Assembly (NCBI GenBank): GCA_048013815.1
Contig: CM106585.1
Location: 10,478,001-10,542,000 of the forward strand
Source: Setoptus koraiensis
Taxonomy: Eukaryota > Animalia > Arthropoda
DNA length: 64,000 nt
Reading direction: 5' to 3'
Part shown: positions 1 to 12,429 of the stretch, piece after piece
How positions within the stretch are numbered: position 1 is the first letter of the stretch
Layout: each line of letters starts with the position of its first letter
The notes under the pieces: model-generated
Told to the model about the DNA's origin: nothing
Database searches by the model: none
What the model saw: only the letters and a program-made list of their open reading frames with translations
Position numbers and translations under genes: made by a program

Positions 1-131
1 TTGATTTTCACTTGATTTAAATGTTTAAAGTAGCACTGGTGTAACAATTGTCCGCTGAGTTTGTACGCGCTGCGTTTAACCTTTACGAGCTGGCTGTTGT
101 GTGACTTTTGCGTATGAGATACTGTGATATA

Positions 132-138
132 TTGTTGC

Positions 139-190
<52 letters not shown>

Positions 191-206
191 GCTGTTGTCG
201 TTGTCG
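132..206. repeat. (GTT)n microsatellite
   Basis: Long near-perfect TTG run. Confidence 0.95.
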
Positions 207-886
207 TGCTTGTCGTCGGCTAGACAATATTAAATAACAATTGTTGTTTTATTATATGTTGGGCTGGCCAGATTTTTATATTGTCAAATGTTGGTGTTGA
301 GAAGGATGTGAGCAAATAAAAGAGCTGCCAGAGTTTTAGTGGTAACAAACAATGGCGCATCATTGATAATAACTTGATAATGTCTGAATATAACTTGAGT
401 CATATATTTAAACATCACGGCACTGAACGGCTTACAAATGGTGGCGCATTGTGCACAATAATGCGCGCATTGTGCACATTGCGACAAATGACACATTTCG
501 TGCAAATGAGTTTACAGCTGAGAGAACGGGCGAAATTTTGCACTAATCGCAAATTGGGGCACAGAAATTGGCTCGCTGCCCGCCAGTTGCTCGTTTTCGG
601 CTCGTCCTTGCTTGTCGGCTTGTTAGAGCTTGCCGAGAAGTCGCCTAGAGGCGTTAGAAGGGCGATTAATTTTTGAGTCGCTTGGCGTCTTCCAGACACG
701 GCTCAGACAGAGCAGCTGTTGTTGTTGCTGGCGCTGTTGTTGCTGCTGTTGTTGTCGCTGTTGTTGTTGTACAACAAACAAACGACGGCACGACTAGCTT
801 GCCAACACTGTGGCAATGACATTGAGCGAGCGAAAAACAAACAACTGCTTGGCAAGCTAGCAACAGTGTAGACCATTGGCGCTAGC

Positions 887-930
887 TTGCCAGTGAGTTG
901 CCAGTGAGTTGCCAGTGAATTGCCAGTGAA
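887..930. repeat. 11-bp tandem repeat TTGCCAGTGAR, 4 copies
   Basis: Read directly from the sequence. Confidence 0.9.
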
Positions 931-1573
931 TGGGAATCGTAGATGAGAATTGAAGATGAATTAGGGCAAAACGCTTGCTGTGGCTCGGCGACGGCGGCCA
1001 CAGCGCCAAACGTTGTTGCAGCAGATACACTGTTGTCGACTGCGCCGACGACGCTATCAAATTAGCAGAGCGCTGATATAACGCTCACATATAATATATA
1101 TATATATATATATATCTATTTATATAATGCTGCTATACTGGTATTACATAATATGTTGGTATTACATAATATATTGGTATTATATCGTGTATTGGATCGT
1201 GTGCGCGATGCTGCGGATATCGGGCTGCTGCAACTGGGACTAGCCAAGGCGATTTTGATGACAGAGGCTGTTTTTTCAATCACGTCGATGAAACAGTGCG
1301 CCAAATGAGTATATCCGATCGATCGGCCATCGCTCGCAATTGGCGAGCTTTTGCTTTTTATTTCTTTTTGTTCATCCCTTTGGTGCTTTTTGTGCGCTCG
1401 CCAGTCGCCACTCTGCGAGATGGTGTCTGCTGTCACATTTTTTGCCCCACACCAACAACTTGCAAGCCAGTCGGGCTCTTCAAATTGCAGTCTCGTTTAA
1501 GCTCGTTAATTGTCTCGTTAATTATCTCTAGTACTGTTATAATCGCCATTGTTACAATCGTCATTGTCGTCGG

Positions 1574-1703
1574 CAACAACAGCCGCAACAACAGCACAAC
1601 AACAGCAACAACAGCACAACAACAGCGACAACAACAACAACAGCGACAACAACAGCGACAACAACAACAACAGCGACAACAACAACAACAGCGACAACAG
1701 CGA
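1574..1703. repeat. Compound (CAA/CAG/CGA)n microsatellite just upstream of the GMC ATG
   Basis: Read directly; it produces spurious polyQ, polyN and polyC ORFs in several frames. Confidence 0.9.
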
Positions 1704-1747
1704 CAAGCTCGAAAGCTCATTGGTAATTAATTCGCCCCCTCACACAC

Positions 1748-3772
1748 ATGATAAGCTACCCCGGTTTGTCGTCGCTCATACCCCTGGTGACTGCCATACT
1801 GTGGATCAGGAGTCCCGAGCAAAGGTTCGAGGTGAAGACGACAGGATGGAAGAGCGAGTACGACTACATAGTGATAGGCGGCGGCTCGGCGGGGGCCACG
1901 GCCGCGGGCCGCCTGTCCGAGATGTTAGATCAGGACATTTTGCTAATGGAGGCAGGCGGCACAGAGAACATACTGTCCGACATTCCCCTGGCGGCGGGCA
2001 ACCTGCAAATGTCGCCCATTGACTGGTCCTATCAAACGGAACCGCAAAATATGTCCTGTTTTGGGCTGGTCAACAAGCGGTCCCGGTGGCCGCGCGGTCG
2101 CGTACTGGGCGGCTCGTCGGTACTCAATTATATGCTGTATCTTAGGGGCAACAGTCGCGATTACGACAATTGGGAACGGCTGGGCGCCTATGGCTGGTCG
2201 TGGCGTGACGTATTTCCGTATTTTTTGCGCTCAGAAGACAACACAGATCCGCGCATCTCCACCAACGGCTACCACTCAACTAAGGGACCGCTGACGGTGT
2301 CGTCGCCGCCCGATCCCACCGACATTGGGCGCGCCCTACCCGAAGCGGGCCGCTACCTGGGCTACACGGGCGACGACCCAAACGGGCCCATTCAGGCGGG
2401 CTTCACAATACCGCAGGGCACCATTAGGCAGGGCTCACGGTGTTCGACGGCGCGCGCCTTCCTAGAGCCGGCGGCAAAGCGCAAAAATTTGGACATTCTG
2501 ATAAATTGTTACGCAACGCGGGTGCTGTTCAACAATCAAAAGCGCGCCATAGCAGTCCAGTTCGAAATGAACGGGCTCAATTATGTTGTGTATGCGCGCA
2601 AGGAGATAATTATTAGCGGCGGTGCAGTGAATTCGCCCCAGTTGCTTATGCTGTCGGGTATCGGGCCGCGCCAGCATCTCGAGGAGCTGGGCATTGCGGT
2701 GCTGAGCGACCTGCCCGTGGGCCAGAATTTGCAGGATCACATATACCCGGGCGGCATGCATTTCACCATTAGTCGGGAGGTGTCGCTGTTGCAAAGCCGC
2801 GTGGTGACGTTTGCCAACATGATGAGGTATTTTGCGCAAGGCCGCGGCCCGCTCACCACGCTGGGCGGCGTGGAGGGCCTGGCCTTCGTGAAGACAAAAT
2901 ACGCCAACATGACCGACGATTGGCCCGACATCGAGATTCACGTCATCAGCGGGTCGCCCACTAGCGACGACGGTACCACCTTCAAGCGGGTGCAGGGCTT
3001 CACCGATCTCATGTGGCACTCGGTGTATTTGCCCTACCTCAACTATGACACATTCAGCCTGTACCCGGTGCTGCTGAGGCCCAAGTCGCGCGGCTACATC
3101 AAGTTGCGCTCGCCAAATCCGCACCATCCGCCCATCATTGACCCGCAGTATTTGACCGATCAAGCGGACGTGCTCACCATGGTGGAGGCCATGAAATTGT
3201 CCATTGCGGTGGGTTTGTCGCCCGCCTACCGGCGCTACAATTCACAATTGTTTCAAACAGTATTCCCTGGCTGTGAAATATACAAAATGTGGTCAGACGA
3301 ATATTTGGCCTGCGTGGCGCGCACCTACACCGCCACCATTTATCATCCGGTGGGCACCTGCAAAATGGGCGCCATCGACGACCCATCGAGCGTCGTGGAT
3401 CCCATGTTGCGCGTCAAGGGCGTGGACGGGCTGCGCGTTGCGGACGCAAGCATCATGCCCGAAATTGTGTCGGGCAACACAAATGCGCCCACTATTATGA
3501 TTGGCGAGCGCGTTGCGGATTTCATCAAAAACAAGCGACTTCCGCCCGCCACTGTCAGCAACGGAGCGGTGCTGCCGGGCGTGTTTTCGCTTCAAATGGA
3601 CCCGTACGTGCAGGAGCGCGTGCAAGCGGCCGTCATAAACAATTTGCGTCAGAGTTACGAGCAACAGGAGAGAGCGGGCCACGGCGAGCCCATCGACATG
3701 CGGAGGCGCGTCAAGCGGATGCCGCGGCCCACGCCCGCGTCGCTGCTCGGGGCAATTCTGGAAAAGGGATAG
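1748..3772 (+). CDS. GMC oxidoreductase, glucose dehydrogenase [FAD, quinone]-like; single exon, 674 aa
   Basis: N-terminal hydrophobic segment; FAD-binding [12 protein letters not shown]; GMC signature [20 protein letters not shown]; [17 protein letters not shown]; catalytic His in [11 protein letters not shown] and Asn in [13 protein letters not shown]. Confidence 0.95.
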   Translation: MISYPGLSSLIPLVTAILWIRSPEQRFEVKTTGWKSEYDYIVIGGGSAGATAAGRLSEMLDQDILLMEAGGTENILSDIPLAAGNLQMSPIDWSYQTEPQNMSCFGLVNKRSRWPRGRVLGGSSVLNYMLYLRGNSRDYDNWERLGAYGWSWRDVFPYFLRSEDNTDPRISTNGYHSTKGPLTVSSPPDPTDIGRALPEAGRYLGYTGDDPNGPIQAGFTIPQGTIRQGSRCSTARAFLEPAAKRKNLDILINCYATRVLFNNQKRAIAVQFEMNGLNYVVYARKEIIISGGAVNSPQLLMLSGIGPRQHLEELGIAVLSDLPVGQNLQDHIYPGGMHFTISREVSLLQSRVVTFANMMRYFAQGRGPLTTLGGVEGLAFVKTKYANMTDDWPDIEIHVISGSPTSDDGTTFKRVQGFTDLMWHSVYLPYLNYDTFSLYPVLLRPKSRGYIKLRSPNPHHPPIIDPQYLTDQADVLTMVEAMKLSIAVGLSPAYRRYNSQLFQTVFPGCEIYKMWSDEYLACVARTYTATIYHPVGTCKMGAIDDPSSVVDPMLRVKGVDGLRVADASIMPEIVSGNTNAPTIMIGERVADFIKNKRLPPATVSNGAVLPGVFSLQMDPYVQERVQAAVINNLRQSYEQQERAGHGEPIDMRRRVKRMPRPTPASLLGAILEKG

Positions 3773-6700
3773 GCGACACACACCGATGACAGATCATTGC
3801 AGCATATGTAACAATCGAATCTCTAGTCCTCAAAATAACAGCACAACAACAACAACAACAATTTGACAGAAACAATCTCACAATAAATGTCACACACAAA
3901 CAAACAAACAACGGCCAGATAAACGAGCAATCTCTTGTTGATGGCTCGATATCGATCTCCCAGATTGAATCTCGTCAGGTGTCGCGCCGTGATGAACTGA
4001 TAGCCGCTATCAGATAGCGGGACCAATCGTTTGTTGCGCCCGCTTCGGCTCTCACCGGCCCGGTCGACCGGGCCGGCCCGCCGGCGAGCCGACAAACTTT
4101 CGAAACAAACAATCTTTTGGAGCAAACAAACTCTCGAAACTGGCAAACTCTCGAGGCGAGCTTTTGAAACTAGCAAACTCCCGAGGCGAGCAAATTTTTG
4201 AAACAAACAAAGACAAGGACAACTCAATTGGTTGCTCGGGTCGCAGTTAATTGGGTCTAACGGTGACGCGAGCCAGTTGTTGACAGGTTGTTGCCGCTCG
4301 CGACAAACAACCCGCCAAAAAGTGTCGCTATCTGTTGTGTCGAGTAGTTGACGTCAGGGCGCGTGTTTGTTTGTTCGACATCTTGAAACATCTTGAAATT
4401 TTATCAGATTTTATCAGATTTTGTCAGGTTTTGTCAGGTTTTGTCGGACAAGACAATGGTTGCGCTAACTGTTTGCCGCAAAGTTGCCGACTCGAGTCGA
4501 TGTAGCGCAGCTATGCGACTAGTCGCAAGGACACAACAAAATCACTTTCGATGTGTCATAACAACGACAAAATTAAATTGTTGCTGTCGTGTTACGTTTT
4601 GTCAGGCTACCGACATCTGTGAGCTATCGCAAGTGAAATATCTTATCTCGAGTTCATTGCATCGAGGCGTCGATCTCACATATGCTGGCAGTATAGCGAG
4701 ACGCCGCTCAAGGATTGATCGAGAAAAACTAATCCCACAAACGGGCCTTACGGGTCTTATCTAACAAGCATCTTGTAAATATCTTACTAGCATCATTTGT
4801 TATCGTATCGTCATTATTATTATCATTTATTACACTGTAACAGATGCTATTTACGGCGGCCAGAGCAGGGGGCAACAGGTGGCTCCATCTGAATGCCGGC
4901 GATCCGATCACTGCTGGCGAGATGTCAGGCCGGTCAGAGCCTGGCTGACAGTCAGTGACTGTCAGAGCGCCAATAGACTGACATGTGAATCAACTGACAT
5001 GTGAATCAACTGACAGGTCATAGTAGAATTGTGACATCCTGTTGCTGACAGCCGCTGATGCCATCAACGGTCATCGTGACATTGAGCGTTATTTATGACA
5101 GATTGCGCAACAGCGTCACCTGTCGCGTGTGTGTGTGTGTGTCGGGCCAAGTTTGTCAGCAAGTTTGTGAGCCCGACTGTCACTGTTTTGAGATCAACAG
5201 TAGCACAACAAGCCGGCTAACGACGTGACACAACTCGCTTTAGACCAACTTGCGCTCTTCGTTTGGCGCCCTTCATTTCTGGCGACGATTTGGTAAAGAG
5301 GGAAAGACAAAATCTAATCAAATCAAGCAAATGCCATGTCAACCAGGTGAGCCATGCAAAACTCAATGTGCTCAAATCAACGTGCTCGTTGCCACGCTGA
5401 ATTCAATCAAATCAGGAGCGACTAATTATGATAAATTGTGGTTTGTGCAGCATGTTGTTTCGCCCCCACTGACAGAGCCAGGTCAACAAGTGTCGCTCCG
5501 TCGATGCCGTTTGTTTGCGGATAGAGACAATAACAGCAACAACAGCAACAACAACAGCAACAACAACAACGACAGCTTCGGGCAAACAAATCACTGGCGC
5601 TGCCACAGGTGAGCTGCACCTGTCGCACTGCGTTCTGTGCCCTATTGGTTTATACGCAAACAACATTGGCGTTACAACAGCATCACAACTACCACTGTTG
5701 TTTTCGTTTATGAACTCGACCATATTGGCTTGCCACTTGTTGGCTTACGGTTAGTCAATGGCATAGGTGTCCGTGAATAGCGAGTATCTGCAAATAGTAA
5801 TAAATGTTTTTCCACGACAAACATGGCATCTCATTGTCGTTGTTGTTGTCGTTGTTGTTGATGTTGTTGTTGTTGCTGATGTTGTTGTTGTTGTAAAGAG
5901 CTGAACTTGTGCCTGGTTTGTGCCTGCAAAACCCGATGCTGGGTGCACTATTCACGCTCGGCAGTGTATTACTTGCGGCCGTATTATTCACGGTTGGACC
6001 AGGTATTCGCGTTCGGAGTATTTACATTCGGAGTATTCACATTCGGAGTATAAACATTTAGTGCTGCACTGAGTGCATTGGGAATATTCATGCGTGAACG
6101 TGCGGAGGGATGTTGCGCAAGACGACTTTTAATTAATTTATTCACAACCAATATCCGACTGATTGTTGGATTGTTGGATTGTTAGATTGTCGAGGTGGCG
6201 CCGACAAATGAAAGATTTCACATGCGACAAAGGATGCAACCAAAGATTATGCACACATAAAAGAGCGAGAGGACACCCAAGCGAGCGACTGAGGCGCCTC
6301 TTCCGGCCAATGGCACACTCAGTTTGTGGCGGTCTGTCAATGTCAGGGTGGGTTAATTATTAATAATATGAAACATGTAATTAGTAAGTGATAATTAATT
6401 ACATTTGTATATGCGCGCTAATTGGGTTTGTCTGGCTGGCCGACAATTGCACGTTGTGACGCTGCCGAGTGAAATGGATCGAGTGAATTGGATCGAGTGA
6501 AATGGACGGAATTGAATAGATGGAATTGCACCTGTTTGTTTGCGTCGAGCGAAGAGTGTTGAAACATGGTTAATAATTGTGTTGTCACTGGCACACTGAA
6601 GGTTTTCATGTTGGCTGACAATGTGAAAGCCGAGCGACAAGTTAAAAACAGGCTGACACATTGCTGTCAAAAGGGTATTTCGCTGCAAGAGTTGCCTAGA

Positions 6701-8885
6701 TAAACTTTGTAGCTGACAGTGTGTGCCGAATGCCAGATAGAGCGACAACAACAGCAACAACGACAGCAACAGCAACAGCAACAACAGCAACAACAACAAC
6801 AGCAACAACAACGACAGCAACAAGTGGATATAAACAATGATCATCGTGTTGGCGCGAAGAACACAGTCGAATAGTGTGCGCAAGCCAGTCGCGATATATC
6901 GTTATCTGGCAAGAATATAACGCAACGATACACGGCTGGCGAGATATCTTATAATATAATATTATCAATTTAATATTATCAATCGGGCGAGCCAAGCGTC
7001 GCACAGCAAGTAATAGATAGCAATGAACGGCTCGCAAGTCAGGGATAGCTTGCGAGCGATAGCTCGGCTAGATAGACCGACGAGTGGTTGTTGTTGTTGT
7101 TGTTGTCGAGCTCGCAACAGCAACCACGAGAGCGGATAATTAGACATGGTGCAATGAAAACGAAAGCTGGCATGCTAGCTCCATTAGTGAGCCGTTGCCT
7201 TTTCCTCCATTGCAACCACGCGATATCCTTCATTGCTGGATATTGCATTATTGCTGATTGCTATTCACTTGCGTCCTTGCCATTCTCGCTCGCGCACCAC
7301 ATGCGAGCCACATATGGATACCCACATTATGGATACCGACATTATAAATACCGATATACGCGTGAATGCCGATACACGAACGAATATGTGATTGGTGGTC
7401 GTGTGATTGGTGCTCATGCGATCGGTATTCATGCGATCGGTATTCATGTGCTGTGATATCCACTTGCCAGGCAGTGATGTATTCATGCGAGTGGCGGTGA
7501 TATATTGATTCAGGCACAGGTTCACACGTTAGCCTATTAGCGTCGCTATTAATCGCTAATGGTGCGCCGAGGATATTTGTGGTGCAAAAACAACAATCAG
7601 ATTGATAAAATCGCGTCGCGTCGCATCAAATCAATACAAATCAAATCAAATAACATCGCCAATAAATAATAGTATAATATATACACAAGTAATAAGTAAT
7701 CTTGACAACAGCACTCATCACAACAAGCGCCAATTACTGTAGACTTGTTAAGCCAACAGACAGATAAGTCACACCATATCCATTTATATCCGTGCCAGCG
7801 ACTATTGCCGCAAAAAACAACAGCCAGCCAGCCAACAGGCCACAATGCCTGCTGATGCCGCTCCAACGAGATCTTCCGGCGTGCAATTCTCATTCGTCGT
7901 CTAAACAGCAACAGCAACAACAACCTTAGCGGTAGCGGACTCGACAAGCGATCAGAACAGGTTGCCAGCCATCCACTAGCACAATCAAATTTTGATTATC
8001 AACAGGCACATTTAAATATTGTGATATTCGTGATATTTGTGATATTTGCGGCACACATAGCTGCAAATATTGGTGGCACCAACAGTATTTCGCAGCCGCA
8101 GCAGCAGCATTCTGAAGCAGTCGAGAGATATCGAGAGACAATAGCAGCAACAAGCGACGAATAGGTAGCAACAAGCGCCAATGATTTATTTGATGTATTA
8201 TTAATAATTTATTATTGTGAGTCTCTTCGTCGTTGCAGTACAATATTGCAGCACAATATTGTTTGCAATATCGTTTTGTATCGCGCTCATCTGCCATCAT
8301 GGCGACGTTATCTAGCTAGCGATCTGATTTGGCCAAAATGACGCCAATTGACGCTCAATGAGACACAAACAATAAGAAAAAGTGTTGTATTTTACAACTA
8401 CCCTGCACTCTATCGACACTGTTCACTGCTCAACAACCAATCGATCATCGTCGCTACCACCAAAACGATATGTCACCACTGCACACTATTTGACTAATAT
8501 ACCCATACATTATCCGATCCAAACCGATATTATCACTGCTGCTTGTTGCGGTTATCGCATCATTATTGGCTCGAATTATTACCTTTGTTACCTATTGTTA
8601 CCTTACCTATTATTACATCATTACAGTATTGCGCTGTTGCATATTGGCAGCGTTGCATTATTATTGTTGCTGTTGTTGTTGCATTATTACAAATTTAAAT
8701 TTACACCATCGATGTTGCATTTGATGTCGCTCGGCAGCCACTGTCGCGTCGCTCACCTAGCTGAAAATATTTCAATTTTCGACGATTGACGACAACGCAG
8801 CTATTAAAAGACTTTCACATTACACACTCACTCTGGCCACTGTTTAGCCGTCACTCACAGTTTGTATTATCCACGCCAAACACAC

Positions 8886-8990
8886 CTTGCCAACGATACA
8901 ATTAGCTTGCCAACGATACCATTAGCTTGCCAACGATACCATTAGCTTGCCAACGATACCATTAGCTTGCCAACAATACATTAGCTTGCC
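8886..8990. repeat. 20-bp minisatellite CTTGCCAACGATACCATTAG, about 5 copies
   Basis: Head-to-tail copies with no spacers. Confidence 0.92.
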
Positions 8991-9115
8991 GGCTGGTATT
9001 TATTTTAACAACTACTGGCATTCACACTCGCATTTGGTTCTTTTGCCATTTCCAGACACACACACACACACACATTGAGGGGCGACAACAAGAGTGATAC
9101 TCGGATATTATTATC

Positions 9116-11170
9116 ATGTCCAGCAACGCGGGCGCCACCGACGCTATGTCGGCGGGCCTCACAACAGCGACAGCAGCAACAACGACCGACACAAGCGCAA
9201 AACAGGATAAACTGTCTAAATATTCGCACACTGACAGCAACCAAACACAATTGGCCCACCAGGCCAAACTGCTCAGATTGAGCCCAGTTAGTCGCCTAAT
9301 AATACTATATTCGGATCTCATTGATTGTTTCAGCGCCAGTTACGTGATTGGATTTTGTCTGATAATACTATTGCCGCAGGTACATCGTTCGTTCGAGCCC
9401 CAGCACGAAACTGGCGTAATGAACGCCACCACAATTGCAGCCACCAATCAGTCAACCGGCCAACAGCAGGCGGCAGCGGTCAGTGATGAGCCCCATCAGC
9501 ACCATCATCACCACGATCATTTGCCCGTGGGCGAGATACTCATTTGCATAGGATTCTTTGTATTTTATTTTGTTCAATTAATAAGAGTAGACAGAATTAA
9601 TTTATCGTCTGGCCGGCGTTTGCTGGTGGCCGTCAAGAGCCGAATATTGGTCGGAGCGCGACATCTAAAAGCGAGCGCCTTTGCGGGCAGCGCTGCCGGT
9701 TACGTCAATTTGGACCGTGAGGCCGCCGCCGACGACGACGTCGACAACGATGATGTAACGCATGCCGGCCAATTGGGCGCCGACAGTGTGGACGCAAGTG
9801 TAAAAAACAACCACTCAATTGTAGCAACAAGGCAGCAGCAGCACCAACAACAAACAAATGATGATCAGCAGCCACATGTAACAGCAGCAACAAGCGCCCC
9901 AAACGACCTAGCCGGCGGGCCCCACACCGACATCGATTCGGAGATTGAGTCGTGCACAATTGCCGAGCATCATCACGATTGTTGTTACGAGCTGATACAT
10001 CAGATCGGCGATTACAGCAGCAGCCAGCAGCAGCAGCAACGCAAAAAGTCCGTTGTGAGCCAATCGGCGAGCCAAGTGGCGAGACAGCAGCAGCAGCACC
10101 AGTTGTCGTCGTCGCTGGACAAACGCCAGCCGGACCAATCGATGGGCCTGCTGGGCCCGTCACTGGGCGCAACCAAGAAATACTCTTACGGCGCAACAGC
10201 AACTAGTCTAGACAACAATGAGAAAATCATACATCACACCAGCCTGTCCATCGATATGCCGCCGGGCGCCAACCAGCCGCTGCTCGCCGACACCGACACC
10301 GCCGACACCACAATGAGGCGCGCCAGAATAGATTTGTACAAGTGCAATTCGGATTTTGTTCTTCTGTTCACCGTATTATCATCTATTTCCATCATTGACG
10401 GCCTCATGTTTTCTGCCTATTTCAACGCCGCCAACGAAGCCACCGACCAGCCGCAGCAAGCCAACAGCGCCGGCCCCCTCAGCAGCATGATTGACAGCGT
10501 CACACACATGTCCGCTGCAAGCAACCCGCCGGACCCCATGGATCAGTCCGACGAGGCGCACAGCATCCAGTGGATTCAGGCGCCCGATCGGGACGGATTC
10601 ATGGTGCACATCATGTGCTTTGTGTTGCACAAATTAATTCTGGCGCTCATACTGGCCCTCGAGTACAGGTATCACCTAAACAGGCAAACCAACACGGGCA
10701 ACTACAGGCACCAATTGAGGGCCCATTCAGACAGGAAGCTGCTGACGTCGCTGGCCAAAAACAGCGCCCCCCACAATTCGTGCTCCTCCTATCAGCAGCT
10801 CAGTGGCAAAAGCAACGAGGCTCGCTATTTCAAGCCCTCAATTCCTGTTGGGGCCCAGAGCACAACGGTGAGCGTTGTCGTGAAGGAGAACTCGCTCGTT
10901 TGTTTGGGCTTCATATCTGTGGTTTTGTTTCTGTTGACCACCCCGTTGGGCGTTGTTTTTGGGTCGCTGTTCGGCACCAAGGCAAACCTGCACACCGTTG
11001 TCACTATTTATGCCGTCTTGCGGGCCTTTGCCACCGGCTTTCTACTGTACATAGCGTTTTTTGTTATATTGCCAAAGAACGACTCAAAGGATTTGTCGCG
11101 CCCGTTGGCCATGGCGCTGGGCTTTTTACTTTTGTTGGTGGTCGCCATTTACGTGCCCTATCCCGGCTGA
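9116..11170 (+). CDS. Divergent ZIP (SLC39, ZIP1-3-like) metal transporter, 684-aa ORF; true 5' end uncertain because no TM1 is seen
   Basis: ZIP-like helices: DCFSASYVIGFCLIILLPQV (TM2); HHHHHDH then LPVGEILICIGFFVFYFV (TM3); LSSISIIDGL (TM4); LHKLILA (TM5); TTPLGVVFG (TM6); AFATGFLLYIAFFVILP (TM7); C-terminal TM8. Confidence 0.75.
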   Translation: MSSNAGATDAMSAGLTTATAATTTDTSAKQDKLSKYSHTDSNQTQLAHQAKLLRLSPVSRLIILYSDLIDCFSASYVIGFCLIILLPQVHRSFEPQHETGVMNATTIAATNQSTGQQQAAAVSDEPHQHHHHHDHLPVGEILICIGFFVFYFVQLIRVDRINLSSGRRLLVAVKSRILVGARHLKASAFAGSAAGYVNLDREAAADDDVDNDDVTHAGQLGADSVDASVKNNHSIVATRQQQHQQQTNDDQQPHVTAATSAPNDLAGGPHTDIDSEIESCTIAEHHHDCCYELIHQIGDYSSSQQQQQRKKSVVSQSASQVARQQQQHQLSSSLDKRQPDQSMGLLGPSLGATKKYSYGATATSLDNNEKIIHHTSLSIDMPPGANQPLLADTDTADTTMRRARIDLYKCNSDFVLLFTVLSSISIIDGLMFSAYFNAANEATDQPQQANSAGPLSSMIDSVTHMSAASNPPDPMDQSDEAHSIQWIQAPDRDGFMVHIMCFVLHKLILALILALEYRYHLNRQTNTGNYRHQLRAHSDRKLLTSLAKNSAPHNSCSSYQQLSGKSNEARYFKPSIPVGAQSTTVSVVVKENSLVCLGFISVVLFLLTTPLGVVFGSLFGTKANLHTVVTIYAVLRAFATGFLLYIAFFVILPKNDSKDLSRPLAMALGFLLLLVVAIYVPYPG

Positions 11171-11678
11171 GCCGTGTCCAAGCTCGCTTCCGGTCTGGCG
11201 CAATTTTAGCAAATTACCAATCAACTCATGATTACTAATCAACAACAACAACAACAAACATTCAAGCAAACAATAATGAAATGATCTATTGACCCACTAA
11301 CACACCAACACACACACACACAAACCAATTGGGCGCAACAAGCGCCCTGGCAGTTCCTAATTGTAATGTGAGCGAGCAATTTGTTTATTTTGTCGTCGTC
11401 ATCATCGTTAGTCTTAAGTCACAGTTAGTGTGTCACCTGTCCGTCGGCTCACCGTTGTCGTTACTGTCTGCTTTGGTTGGTTGGTTGATGTTGTTGGCGT
11501 GCTTGCCAATGTTGTTGCCGGTGATACATAGTGATAAGCGTGGTCATTTAATTAATATACATGCATTTTAGAGAACTCACACATTTGAGCAACAAAACAA
11601 ACAAACAAACATACATAACACACTTAATATAAACAAATATAACAACTAAATAAAGCAACAATTACCACACAACACAAG

Positions 11679-12395
11679 CTAAGCAATTTTGCATTCTTGA
11701 TATCGATGCGATGGTAATAGGATGTCAAATATGGTGCGCACACTGTACAACATGGTGGTGGTGGTGGTCATACAATAAAACTCTGTCAAACCGTAATCCT
11801 TTCTGTTGTGATCCTGGCGAAATTTCTCCAACGACAACTCAATTATCTTGTCCAAATCTAGCGGCTCATGGTCGAAACGAATCTCCGGATTGCGTTCGCT
11901 AACCACGTGCAAGGCCATCAACAATTCAACATTTATTTGTCTCAATTTGGGCGACTCAATTCGACTGAGCAGCGACTCCACCTTGAGGGCAAAATTTAAA
12001 TCATGCTGCGACATGTGAGTCAGTGTGGGCAACGAGCGCAATATGCGGCCCCCGATTACAATTCCGACACTTGTACAGCCCAACAAGCACCATACCTTGT
12101 CGTAAAAGTCCCTGGGTACGCGACATATTTCGCCCGTTATTTGTCGCCTGTCGCTAATGGGCAGCGACTCGTCGTCTGTCAGCACTTTTATAACCAATTT
12201 GCGCACGTCCGACGGCGACAACGACTCCAAAGGTCTGGCCAGGGCGGCGGCAACGGGTGGCGGCGTTGGGTGCCGGCCCGACTGTATGGACAGATCGGTT
12301 GGCTGGTCGTCGCCCATTGAGCTCAGTGAGTAATTTGAGGCGCTGCTGTGTATGGGTCGTTGGTCGTTGTAGCTATTCATGTTGTTGTTGTTATT

Positions 12396-12429
<34 letters not shown>

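Noticed and set aside
1296-2022. PolyQ, polyN and polyC ORFs upstream of GMC
   Set aside because: They arise from the (CAA)n microsatellite being open in several frames; there is no domain and no consistent splice into the GMC frame.
1748-3772. Horizontal transfer of the intronless GC-rich GMC gene
   Set aside because: The motifs match arthropod glucose dehydrogenase-type GMCs, the flanks are similarly GC-rich, and several native genes here are also intronless.
2462-3781. Antisense and alternate-frame ORFs over the GMC gene (and similar ones over ZIP, USP5, KDM5 and genes A-D)
   Set aside because: These are shadow ORFs produced by codon bias and repeats on the coding strand. Hydrophobic-looking ORFs such as 36687-37421 are simply the complement of K/E codons.
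8886-8990. Regular 20-bp repeat resembling a CRISPR array
   Set aside because: The copies are head-to-tail with no unique spacers, there are no cas genes and the context is eukaryotic. It is a minisatellite.
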